Positions 37,728 to 47,146 of a stretch of DNA of 55,229 nucleotides are shown here, piece by piece. Where the stretch lies: positions 62,001 to 117,229 of IMG/VR virus record IMGVR_UViG_3300012147_000007. One strand, given 5' to 3'. The notes beneath the pieces are model-generated. The model did not search any database, was not told where the DNA came from, and saw nothing but the letters and a program-made list of their open reading frames with translations. How positions within the stretch are numbered: the stretch's first letter is position 1; every line of letters starts with the position of its first letter. This DNA is from an uncultured virus (IMG/VR IMGVR_UViG_3300012147_000007). Taxonomy: Duplodnaviria > Heunggongvirae > Uroviricota > Caudoviricetes. The position numbers were made by a program, and so were the translations under genes.

Positions 37728-38155
37728 TGGCAGAAAAAGATGAAAACCAAGGGTGGAAAGAATGGTCTAACCACGTCCTTAAAGAACTTGAGCGTTTGAA
37801 TAGCAACTATGAAAACCTTAAAGATGAAGTTATTAAAACAAATCAAGAATTAGTTAAGACTTCTGGAATGAGGTACGCTCTTAATGAACTTAAAGAATGG
37901 AAGAAGGATGTCGAAAAAGTTGTTAATGAGACAGACCTCAAGGAAATGAAAAAAAGTGTTGCAGAAATTAAGACAAACACAGAAAATATTGAGAAAAATA
38001 AAGGCAAAATAACAGAAGTTGACAAAGAAAAAGATGCCAACAAAAAAGACATTGATGACCTTAGAACTTTTAAAACAAAAGTAGTTACGGCTGGAGTCAT
38101 TTCTTTTTTCATTCTAACTACAGCAATTACTATTCTTGGTTGGTATCTGTCTTAG
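37727..38155 (+). CDS. Coiled-coil protein with single C-terminal TM helix, holin/XhlA-like candidate
   Basis: WKEWSNHVLKELERLN coiled coil; C-terminal VVTAGVISFFILTTAITILGWYL; TAATG-coupled. Confidence 0.7.
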   Translation: MAEKDENQGWKEWSNHVLKELERLNSNYENLKDEVIKTNQELVKTSGMRYALNELKEWKKDVEKVVNETDLKEMKKSVAEIKTNTENIEKNKGKITEVDKEKDANKKDIDDLRTFKTKVVTAGVISFFILTTAITILGWYLS

Positions 38156-38612
38156 AAGCTTTTTTAGCCATACCATCAACCATTCTTATGAATTTTGTAG
38201 TATTGCGTTTTACATGAAAGAAATTGACTGTATGGTTTTCAACCACTTCAATTAATCTTTCCCAAGCCTGTTGATTTTCTACAGGTTTTTTTTTGTTGTT
38301 AAGCCACCCGTTAGCTACCCATTTATCATACCACCTATCCTTCAGGCAATTTATAACATAAGCACTGTCTGAGTAAAGATTTATCATTTCACTGCCTTTT
38401 CCATTCAGAGCCTCAAACGCTTGAGCTACAGCAATTATTTCCATTTCTTGATTTGTTGTTCCTGCAACGTGCCCAGAACCTTGAAGTGTTATCTCCATAT
38501 TTTTGCCTGGTTCATTTTCTAAAATTAGAAAAGCCCATCCACCTTTTCCTTCTGCAGTTCCATCTTCTTGCCTGTTATTGTCTTTGCAGGCTCCATCTGT
38601 GTATATATTCAT
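38130..38612 (-). CDS. rnhA: Ribonuclease HI
   Basis: IYTDGAC, GGWAF, TTNQEMEI, YSDSAYV, W..NGW....KPVEN...W..L, FHVK, VD.MA. Confidence 0.92.
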   Translation of the reverse strand: MNIYTDGACKDNNRQEDGTAEGKGGWAFLILENEPGKNMEITLQGSGHVAGTTNQEMEIIAVAQAFEALNGKGSEMINLYSDSAYVINCLKDRWYDKWVANGWLNNKKKPVENQQAWERLIEVVENHTVNFFHVKRNTTKFIRMVDGMAKKASKTDTNQE

Positions 38613-39012
38613 TTTCTGTATTTTTCAAAAGGTTTAACTGGTTTTAAATCTTCTCCTATCGTTTTCGCCTTTACATTCTTAACAGCTGGCAATTTTATTT
38701 CTGACCAATCAATTGGCTTATGCTCCAATTTAGGCATCTCTACAAAAACACCATCTTTAAGCTCATAATCGTTTCCGCCAATTACCCAACAGCTTTCATA
38801 ATCAGTTGCCTGAACCCCGCTCTTAGTTACATATTTTAAAAACCAACCATGAACAAAATCATGACCTGAGCCAATTTCATACAAATCCTCTCCTTTAAAT
38901 TTAAAGTCAGATTTTTTGTCTTCTGTAAGATTTGAAATTGTTTCTTCTAACTCTTTTTTTAAATCTTCTCCTGTTACATGAACAAGTTCGAACAAACCCT
39001 TTTTTTACTCAT
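38609..39012 (-). CDS. Hypothetical protein with apparent 1-nt deletion near the start
   Basis: ATG at 39012 joins the main frame (MSKKKGLFELVHV) only if the A7 run at 39000-39006 is A8; otherwise TTG at 38995. Confidence 0.65.
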
Positions 39013-39017
39013 CTTAT

Positions 39018-39620
39018 TTATCTATTTGATGGTACATAATTTTCATTTATAGTACCATCGTCATTTAACTTACAATGCACTACTCCGTGGCAATTTGAAC
39101 AAAGTAAAATACATTTATTTAATTCAGGCAATAAATTAATCCAAGATTTTTTTCTCATCTTATTCCAATTCATTTCTTTTTCTTCTGGCTTTTCGTGGTG
39201 AAATTCAAAACTTGCATAATGTCCTTTAAACCCACAATCTACACAACGCCCACCCAAATGCTCTATTGCCCTTTTTTTAAAAACCCTTGCTCTTTCAATA
39301 TCGTGCTTTCCACTACAGTCTCTACATCTACCATAGACTTTCAAACTATTGGGTGAAAAATCATCCTTTATTCTATATGTCTCACAATCATAACACCATT
39401 GATGCTCATCTGGACATTCTCCTCTTTTTTCTAAATTTTCTCTATACTCTAAAATCTTCTTAGCGTGCTCTGGATTTTCCTTTTTAATTCTATTTAATCT
39501 CCTCTCTTTCTCTGCTAATCTAAAACACACTTTACAATCCAACCTCCAACTTCTATTATGCTTATGATACTCTTCTAAATCCTTTACCTCATTACAAGTT
39601 CTGCATTTTCTTTCTTCCAT
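39018..39620 (-). mobile_element. Free-standing HNH endonuclease with Zn ribbons
   Basis: Multiple CxxC; LGGRCVDCG...FEFHH...ELNKCILLCSNCH..VH. Confidence 0.82.
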
Positions 39621-39676
39621 TTTTTATTTATAAATAGAAAGAAATATGTTTTACCATAGTTTGTTTGATAACAGGC

Positions 39677-40108
39677 TTATTCACCCTTTTCTAAAAATGA
39701 TATATCAAGAGTCCATTTTTTCTTACTTCTTTCTTCCCAAATATTAAACACTTCCTCAATATAATCATCTGCCTGCTTATCAGTTAAACAATTTATTTTC
39801 ATCATATGTGCTTTAATTTCTTTTTCTTTTCCAGAAATTCTTGCATATCCAAAATGCTTTGTAGAATGACAATTTGGACAAAGCGCAATTAATCCCTTAA
39901 GAGTCTGCTCACAAGACTCATCATCATAATTCCAAATTTCGTGACACTCCACGGGATGCTTCGGGCCCTTACCGCTGCAAACTTCACATTTATATTCTGC
40001 TTTCTTATAGCAGTCTTTTCTAAGGACATCCCACTCTGCTTGTGATACATTGGAGCGCACGTTATTATAAAAAGAAGATGCAGGCACAAGTTCTATAGTT
40101 AAAATCAT
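39677..40108 (-). CDS. Conserved HNH-like (LTIELVP family) protein
   Basis: LTIELVP..NVRS...W..LR...CEVC...ECHEIW.Y...LIALCPNCH..KHFG; ATG at 40108. Confidence 0.82.
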   Translation of the reverse strand: MILTIELVPASSFYNNVRSNVSQAEWDVLRKDCYKKAEYKCEVCSGKGPKHPVECHEIWNYDDESCEQTLKGLIALCPNCHSTKHFGYARISGKEKEIKAHMMKINCLTDKQADDYIEEVFNIWEERSKKKWTLDISFLEKGE

Positions 40109-40110
40109 AA

Positions 40111-41079
40111 TCAATTAAATTTATCCCATTTATGTGTACAAATAAACTTATTTTCCTTAATAAATCCAATTAAATAATCAATAACAATTGGATTATATAT
40201 TCTAAGTCTAAAATAGGAATCTTTTTGTTTTAAAGCTTTTTTACTCAAAGTTACATTAAAAATATCTTCTAAGCGTTTTATCCAATATTTTAATATTAAC
40301 TTCCAATTTTCATGAGAAGTAATAGTTATACATCTCGAATTTTTCTTGCTTAAATATAAACTACCATCTCCATCAATGAATCCTATTAAAAAACTTAAAA
40401 AATTTTCATCTGACATTTTATTAAAAACACTCAAAGAAGGCGGGAAATATGTTTTAGTTTTTTCTCCCTTTTTATAATTTATATCATACTTTTTATTTAT
40501 CAAAGGAATTACTTTTGAATCTTTTAAATAACATATAGCGCTCCCATTACTAACTGTATCAACTCCTAATATATTTACTTTTTTCACTTCATCGTATAGT
40601 TTAATATTTTTACAACCAATATAATTAGCAAAACCAATAACAACTTCCTTATTTTTCATACACTGATTCAGTTGTATCTTTTTATTTGTAAAATATCCAT
40701 CAGCAAATAATAGACCTATGTAATAATATGTTTTAACACTCTCATTCAATAGAATTTCAACATTAGAGTCTCTCATTGTTGAATATTGGTATTCTGCTCT
40801 TTTTAATTTTAATTTTTTAGCTTTTGCTAAAATAGAGCTCCAACTTCTGTTTTCCAAAAGTTTCAATAATTTTTCAGAAGAAGAGTTTGAATAGTATTTT
40901 ATTATAATATTCTCTTCCATTTCTGACCATAAATTTTCTTCTGTTATTCCAAGTGCTTTTTTTCTATTTTTTACAGAGGGAATTGTTCTTCCAACTAATT
41001 CAGCTAAATACTTAATTGGAGATTCTATATTGTTTTTTAAAATAAAATCCTCCTGCTCTGTCCATCTTTTGTTTTTCAT
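40111..41079 (-). mobile_element. Free-standing double-motif LAGLIDADG homing endonuclease with N-terminal WT/WSxxE repeats
   Basis: YYIGLLFADG and FLIGFIDGDGS; N-terminal WTEQED and WSEMEE. Confidence 0.87.
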
Positions 41080-41080
41080 A

Positions 41081-41158
41081 TTACATGTATTTTATTATAA
41101 ATACATGAAAATTTTTAAACCAAGCCGTCTGTGGTACTAATTCAATTGTTAGCTTCAT
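41081..41158 (-). pseudogene. Orphan N-terminal stub MKLTIELVPQTAWFKN... of the gene at 39677-40108
   Basis: LTIELVP is identical to the downstream gene's N-terminus; start overlaps the dnaE-C stop; ends 1 nt before the LAGLIDADG ATG. Confidence 0.88.
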
Positions 41159-43481
41159 CTTCTTTTTTACTTAAATCTTTATCAACTCGAACGATTCTCG
41201 TTCCTCTCTTAAAATTAACATAACCTTTTTCGTTCTTTTCAAACTCAGCAACATAAATGCCATTGGCAGCAAGGAGTGGTTGTAGAGATTTCGCAACTGG
41301 GTCGAAAGCTCTAAGTGTTGTGAAACTAATTCCATCACCAACTCTCATTGTTAAATATTCTTTTCCATTCTTACTCATAGAAACCTTAAAGGTATCTACC
41401 ACAAAAATGTAGAAATCATTATCATCAAAATTAATAATTGTCTCAACAAGCTTATCTCTCTTAGCTCTCTTGTTTACATCAGCCTTTATGTCCTGAATGT
41501 ACTTTATTTTTTCAAGGTCAAAATTACACACCTCAAGGAAATCTGTTCTTTTCGATGCCCAGTTTGTTGGAGGATATTTGTTCTCTTCTTTTTTAACTGG
41601 AATGTCAAAAGCTTCGTCATTCATATCAAACAAAACAGTTTGATTTGCGTTTACTTTCTTTTTCTTTTTTGTCTTAGACTTAAGGTCAGCAAGCTGTTCT
41701 CTTGAATCGCTCCAATCATCAAATACGCCAGCTTTAAGGCAAGCTTCAAAAGCACTTTTATTAAACTTGCTAAACGGCAATCTAAAGAACAAACTCATAC
41801 TCACAGTCTCAAGGGTTTTTTTCTCCTGACCTTCTTTGACTTTTATTTCTTTAATCAAATCAAGCATCTCTTCGTATGCAATTGGGCCCAATCCGTTAAT
41901 ACCAGAGAATCCCATAGAAATTTCGTGCTCACCAGTCATTGTCCATCTCCATCCAGACTTTCTTGATGGCATCTTTATCTCAATCCCTTTTGACATCGCA
42001 GAAGCAATTGCAGAACCAATCCAAGCTTGCTGTTTTTCTTTGTTACCAGACTTAGGGTGATTTAGAAGGGCGGTATAAAACTCGGTTGGGTAGTAGTGTT
42101 TTAAATACAAAGTTTGCATCGCCAAATAACTATATGAAAGTGCATGAGACTTATTGAATGAGTATCCAAGGTATTGAATTACCCAATCTTTAATTTTATC
42201 TACATCACCTTTGTCATAACCTTGAGCTGCAGCCCCATCTAAGAACATGTTCCAATACTGCTGGAAACCTTTCCAGTTCTTGTCGTTTTTCTCTGTATCA
42301 GTTAGCGTCTCTCCCGCTGAATTTCTTGCAATAATTTTAGATGCCTTATCCATATACCTTCTAAGCATATCTCCTTTACCAAGACCCATTCCACCAATCT
42401 TATCAGCAATAAACATAAGTTGTTCCTGAAACACAAGTACTCCATTCGTTTCTCCAAGAATCGGCTTCAACGCAGGGTGGATATATTTAATCTTCTCTGG
42501 GTTGAATTTGTTTACGATAAACTCTTCGTGTGCGCCAATTCCCATTGGGCCTGGACGATACAGTGCGTTGGCAGCAACAAGTTCTTCAAATTTATCAACT
42601 GCAATACCTCTAATAAGATTGTTCATACCATGACTCTCAAACTGAAATATCCCATGATTAAGACCAAGCCTTAATTCTGTAAATAACTTTGGGTCTTCAA
42701 GGTCAACGTAATCAACTTTTTGAGAAATATCTTCTCCCGTTGTTCTTTTTACAATGTCAACAGTTTCCTTAATTACATTTAAGGTTTCTAATTTTAATCT
42801 ATCCAATTTTAGAATCCCAAGTGCTGAAAGGTCTTTTCCAGACTTATCCGCCTCCTGAAACGCTGTAACAACACTTCCGTTGGATGTGATTACATTGGTT
42901 GGAATATAATCCCAAGATAACCCTGGTGTAATTACAACTCCTGCAGCATGCTGTCCAATACCTCTAATGTTTCCATGAAGCTGGAGAGCAGTCTCAATCA
43001 TCTCCTTATTTTTTGGCTCTCTAATCCAATTTCTAACTTCTGGACTACACTCTGGTTTATCTGGCCAAGTTTCAAACCAATGCCTAAGAGTGTCGTTGTA
43101 ATTTAAGAAGTTCGGCATCTCCTTTGTTAATTTAAACACTCCAGAATCAAACCCAGTAGCATCGCTTCCACGATATGCACGAACAACATCCTTAATTGTA
43201 TTCTTCTCAGAAAATGTAGAAAAAGTAGCAACAGACATAACACGTTCTTTTCCATACTTGTCTTGTAGGAATTGATTTGTTACATCATCTGTACCTGTCA
43301 TAAAATCAATATCAATATCGGGAGGAGAATTGTGAATTAAAACACTTGAAATCAATGAGTTATAGCAATCATCTAAAGTTTTACTTGAACTGTAAAAAAG
43401 ATTATCTTTATCAAAAGATAAATCATAAACCTTATTTTTATAATCAATTTTATTTATTGATTTTATTTTTGATAATCTCAT
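41142..43481 (-). CDS. dnaE: DNA polymerase III alpha, C-terminal half, preceded by split C-intein
   Basis: After ...LIHN: SPPDIDIDF, GQHAAGVVI, LKLDRL.L.TL, GIFQFES, ALYRPGPM, ETNGVLVFQEQLM, YSFNKSHA. Confidence 0.95.
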   Translation of the reverse strand: MRLSKIKSINKIDYKNKVYDLSFDKDNLFYSSSKTLDDCYNSLISSVLIHNSPPDIDIDFMTGTDDVTNQFLQDKYGKERVMSVATFSTFSEKNTIKDVVRAYRGSDATGFDSGVFKLTKEMPNFLNYNDTLRHWFETWPDKPECSPEVRNWIREPKNKEMIETALQLHGNIRGIGQHAAGVVITPGLSWDYIPTNVITSNGSVVTAFQEADKSGKDLSALGILKLDRLKLETLNVIKETVDIVKRTTGEDISQKVDYVDLEDPKLFTELRLGLNHGIFQFESHGMNNLIRGIAVDKFEELVAANALYRPGPMGIGAHEEFIVNKFNPEKIKYIHPALKPILGETNGVLVFQEQLMFIADKIGGMGLGKGDMLRRYMDKASKIIARNSAGETLTDTEKNDKNWKGFQQYWNMFLDGAAAQGYDKGDVDKIKDWVIQYLGYSFNKSHALSYSYLAMQTLYLKHYYPTEFYTALLNHPKSGNKEKQQAWIGSAIASAMSKGIEIKMPSRKSGWRWTMTGEHEISMGFSGINGLGPIAYEEMLDLIKEIKVKEGQEKKTLETVSMSLFFRLPFSKFNKSAFEACLKAGVFDDWSDSREQLADLKSKTKKKKKVNANQTVLFDMNDEAFDIPVKKEENKYPPTNWASKRTDFLEVCNFDLEKIKYIQDIKADVNKRAKRDKLVETIINFDDNDFYIFVVDTFKVSMSKNGKEYLTMRVGDGISFTTLRAFDPVAKSLQPLLAANGIYVAEFEKNEKGYVNFKRGTRIVRVDKDLSKKEDEANN
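43329..43481 (-). mobile_element. Split intein C-fragment (IntC, 51 aa)
   Basis: MRLSKIKSINKI...VYDLSF (block F)...VLIHN/S (block G, Ser+1). Confidence 0.93.
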
Positions 43482-44557
43482 AATTTACTTGCTTCTATTT
43501 GACTTTTTATATATACTAAAACATTTTCTTTATTATCCTTCCAGTCTTTTTCCCAAATTTCTATATAACTACAATTAATAACACTTATAATTTCATTCTT
43601 TCTTTTTCTATCATCTCTCCAAATCTCAGATGCCAATCTTTTTTTGTTTTTATGATAAAAATCATGACTATAAATCATTGGATTACAATGCCAATAATCA
43701 CCCATAATTTCAATAGCTATATTGTGTTCATTATTATAATAATCAAGTTTATAAAATTTACTTTTGTTTACAATTAAAACTTTTTGACCAAATTCAGAAT
43801 TATAATGATAAGAATCGTTTAATCCTAAATTTTGTAATTCTAAAATAATTTCCCTCTCCAAGTTAGAGGATTCTCCTAAGTTTTTATTTGTTTTTTTAGC
43901 ATTTTCCATTTGCCACTCTTTATCCATAAACAAATTATCTACTCCAAACTTATCCTGCATAGTCATTGTTACAGCTGAATAATGACAACCACGCTCCAAG
44001 AACCAACTCACACCATACCTATCATCCATGGTCTTAGAAATCTTATCCTTAATCTTCTTATATTGAATTGGTGCCTTAAGACCAGTTGTTCCAAGATTTT
44101 TATTCAAAGACTTTTCATATTGACTTCTATACTCTTTAGTCTTATAATAAAGTGATTTATAATCTTTCTCAGATAATACGTGTCCATTAGACCAGAATTT
44201 AATACCCTTTCTTGATGGGTGTAGGTCTATTAGCTCATCTTTCTCGGAAAACTTATTGTACATTTTAACCTTTGACTCAGTTAATGAATAATCCTGGTTT
44301 CCACACTTAATAAGAACAGCACTGTGTCCTCTTGGTCCTTTTCCAAAATAGCAATCTTCAACAATTCCGATAAAACTTTCTTTATTGTACAATTCTTTTC
44401 CAATTAAATTTTCAATAGAAACCGATAATTTACTTTTATATGGCCATATTTCTATTTCGTTATTATCAGCTTTTTTAAAGTCAAAAAACTCACACAACCC
44501 AGCAACTAAATCACTCTGACCATCGAACTCAATATTTAACAACTCTTCTTTTTTCAT
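43478..44557 (-). mobile_element. Vsr-like (EDxHD-type) homing endonuclease between the split-intein halves
   Basis: RYGV/KFGV repeats, SNLEREI, LDYY...IAIEIMGDYWHCNP, D..RK, IEIWEKDW; likely ATG at 44557; ATGA-coupled to dnaE-C. Confidence 0.87.
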
Positions 44558-44614
44558 AATTATAAAATCTGTATCTATAAATATAGATAAAAACTTCAAA
44601 CGATATTTGTATTT

Positions 44615-46816
44615 TTAAAACACAAACAATTGGTCGCTCTCCATAATACCATCTACACGAACTTCAATTCTCTCGCCATCCCTAAAAACAGGAACAATAT
44701 GGCACCCAGTCAACTCAACTATAGCTCCATCTTCAGTTTCAATTTCATAAACATTCTCGTTTTCCTTAAGCTCTCTCTCGTGCTTTTGAACCAAGGTTCC
44801 AAGTCCGTGTTCTGTCTGAACTGGGTCTCCAACCTCTACTTCAACGATGTTCTTATAAGAGCCATCTTTCATCATGACATTGCAGTTTGATGTTAAACAG
44901 TTTCTTTCTGGATTTAGGAAACGCTCAAAATAAAGATTAAACCTTATTGGGTCAATCTTTGTAATATCAAGACACCACGACAATAGACTTCCTGCTGCAG
45001 AACCTCTGGCTGGGCCAATGTCATGACCTTCGTTTCTGTAGAAATTAATAATCTCCCAGTTTACAAGAAAGTAATCAAGCATCTTCTTTGATTCAATAAT
45101 ACTAATCTCATAATTAAGACGGTCAACATACTCATTAACCTTTTCATCGGTCATCTCAACGATTCCATTTTTCTTATATATCTCAACTTTTTGCTTTAAC
45201 TTAATAAACGCAAGTTTTACAATAATCTCCTCTGGCTTATCTGTGCCAAAATATTCTATTATTTTTTCAGTTGGCTCATATCTTGGATATTTCTCAGTAC
45301 CAGTATCAAATTCAAAATTACACCTATCAGCTATAATGTTTGTATTTTTCATACAAAGTTCAAGAAACTTTTCAGGATACTTAAATCCATACTTTTCGTT
45401 CATTTCTCTATAGTCATCGCTATTGAAGTAGTATAACTCTCTGTTTTCTTTCAGAGAACAATAGGCAAGCATACGATGTTGCTTAATAGATGTAACTACA
45501 TCTTGAAGCTTTGAATCCTCTCTTCTTGGATAGTAGGTGTCATTGCTCATTACTGGAAGCAATTTATACTTACTCATCATTTTAATCAAGAAGTTGTTAT
45601 ACTGCTTCTGAGTGGCGAACTTACTAAACTTAAACTCCACTATCAAATCTTCTCCAAACTCGCTCCTAAGCATGTTAAGATAGTTCTCTGCGTCAATAAC
45701 CTTTCCTTTAAGAACCAGGTTTGCTAATTTACTATCAAGACCTGAGGTAGATATTATTAAACCCTCTTTATATTTCAAAAGCCACTCTGTAGTTATTCTT
45801 GATTCTTTCTTAAATAACCCCTCTGTGTTTGCGAGGTATATCAAATGATTCAGATTTCTATATCCAATTTCATTTTTTATGAAAATCTTTATTTTATAAT
45901 TATCTCCCTCAAGCTCTCTGTCTTCAAATTTTCCAATATTGTCATTCAAGAAAGACTCGACACCAAAAACTGGTTTAATCCCTTTTGACTTACATTTATT
46001 GAAGAATTCAAATGAACCAGATAATGTTGAGTTATCTGTTATTGCCATTGAGGTGTGGCCATACTCTTTTGCAAGCTTAATATACTCGTCTACAGAACCA
46101 GCTCCATCAAGAATAGAGTGAAATGTATGGAGACCAAGTGGAGTTACTCGGATTGAATCGCCCGCTTGCATAGGTTTCTCTTCTGCAACTTTAGTAAGAG
46201 AATCCATTAAATCTTCTGCGCCCTCTTCTTCTTTGAATCCAAGGATGCCTATTCTTTGAAGTTCGAAAAAACATTTTGCAAGCGCAGTAACATCCGCAAG
46301 TGCATCGTGAGCATCTTCGAATCCTTTGTCAAATAATTTTTGGTGAAGTTCTGTTTGAGAAGGAAATTTCATCCCACTCCTACCTCTTTTGTTTGGAATT
46401 GCCACGAAGTCAGTTGTGAGCTTCATGGTGTCAATGTGATTTATGTCTGGAATGCAGTTGTACATTCCCTCTCTAAGGAATTCACAGCCTGTTACATTTT
46501 CATCAAAGGAAATGTTGTGAGCAATAAGATGCTTATTGTTCTTTACAGCTTCTGAAAACTTTTCAAGCGCCTGCCTCAAAGGAACTCCATCCTCTTTAGC
46601 TCTCTCGTTTGTAATCCTATGAATCGCTATTGCTTCATCAGGAATCCTAAACCCTTGAGGTTTAATAATTAAATTCTGAGAATCTGTCTCTACACCATTC
46701 GCATCAAAGATTTTCCAAGCAATCTGAACCATTCTTGGCCAGTTGTTAAAATCAGTAATTGGTGCGCTAAAATTCTTTGCCTTACCAGTTGTTTCGGTAT
46801 CAAATACTATATACAT
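44615..46816 (-). CDS. dnaE: DNA polymerase III alpha, N-terminal half: DEDDh exonuclease + PHP + start of polymerase, ending in split N-intein
   Basis: FDTETTG, AHNISFD, AHDALADV; LHTFHSILDG, AITD, KPVFGVE; RLNYE..II, GPARGSAAGSL, DPI.F.L.FERFLNPERN. Confidence 0.95.
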   Translation of the reverse strand: MYIVFDTETTGKAKNFSAPITDFNNWPRMVQIAWKIFDANGVETDSQNLIIKPQGFRIPDEAIAIHRITNERAKEDGVPLRQALEKFSEAVKNNKHLIAHNISFDENVTGCEFLREGMYNCIPDINHIDTMKLTTDFVAIPNKRGRSGMKFPSQTELHQKLFDKGFEDAHDALADVTALAKCFFELQRIGILGFKEEEGAEDLMDSLTKVAEEKPMQAGDSIRVTPLGLHTFHSILDGAGSVDEYIKLAKEYGHTSMAITDNSTLSGSFEFFNKCKSKGIKPVFGVESFLNDNIGKFEDRELEGDNYKIKIFIKNEIGYRNLNHLIYLANTEGLFKKESRITTEWLLKYKEGLIISTSGLDSKLANLVLKGKVIDAENYLNMLRSEFGEDLIVEFKFSKFATQKQYNNFLIKMMSKYKLLPVMSNDTYYPRREDSKLQDVVTSIKQHRMLAYCSLKENRELYYFNSDDYREMNEKYGFKYPEKFLELCMKNTNIIADRCNFEFDTGTEKYPRYEPTEKIIEYFGTDKPEEIIVKLAFIKLKQKVEIYKKNGIVEMTDEKVNEYVDRLNYEISIIESKKMLDYFLVNWEIINFYRNEGHDIGPARGSAAGSLLSWCLDITKIDPIRFNLYFERFLNPERNCLTSNCNVMMKDGSYKNIVEVEVGDPVQTEHGLGTLVQKHERELKENENVYEIETEDGAIVELTGCHIVPVFRDGERIEVRVDGIMESDQLFVF
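44618..44899 (-). mobile_element. Split intein N-fragment (IntN, 94 aa)
   Basis: Begins CLTSNCNVMMKDGSYKNI.EV.VGD.V (block A); block B VYEIETEDG..VELTGCHIVPV; ends at a stop codon. Confidence 0.93.
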
Positions 46817-46861
46817 ATGTTTTTTTTGTTTGTTGGATTACTTTCTAACTCCAACGTTATG

Positions 46862-46869
46862 CAAAACTA
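46862..46869 (-). promoter_or_regulatory. Bacteroidota-type promoter TTTG-N20-TAGTTTTG upstream of dnaE-N
   Basis: Exact TAnnTTTG plus a -33 TTTG at 20-nt spacing. Confidence 0.7.
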
Positions 46870-46897
46870 TGTACTTTTTATTTACTAAACAAACTTT

Positions 46898-47146
46898 TTA
46901 CTCATAATCACTTTCATAATCTTGCTTTGTCATCTGAATTTTAGATTGTATTTCTTTTAAAATACCTATCATTCTCCTACAACTACGCCTTGCATCAACG
47001 CCTGCGGCTTTGACTTTATTAGGTCCAAAAAACTTTTTTATTCGCTCGTCAAACCCTTCAAGTTCGTCAAGAAAATTTACAACATCTTTCTTTGCTCCGT
47101 ACTCGTCATTCTTATTCCAACCTTCATAATAACTCTTATCAAGCAT
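46898..47146 (-). CDS. Small protein resembling Bacteroidota histone H1-like (Hc1-type) proteins
   Basis: KFFGPNKVKAAGVDARR resembles the GNKAAGTRARK signature. Confidence 0.55.
   Translation of the reverse strand: MLDKSYYEGWNKNDEYGAKKDVVNFLDELEGFDERIKKFFGPNKVKAAGVDARRSCRRMIGILKEIQSKIQMTKQDYESDYE

Noticed and set aside
40111..41158. Group I intron around the LAGLIDADG gene and the other endonucleases
   Set aside because: Flanks are only tens of nucleotides, too short for a ribozyme core, and the downstream genes have complete N-termini of their own
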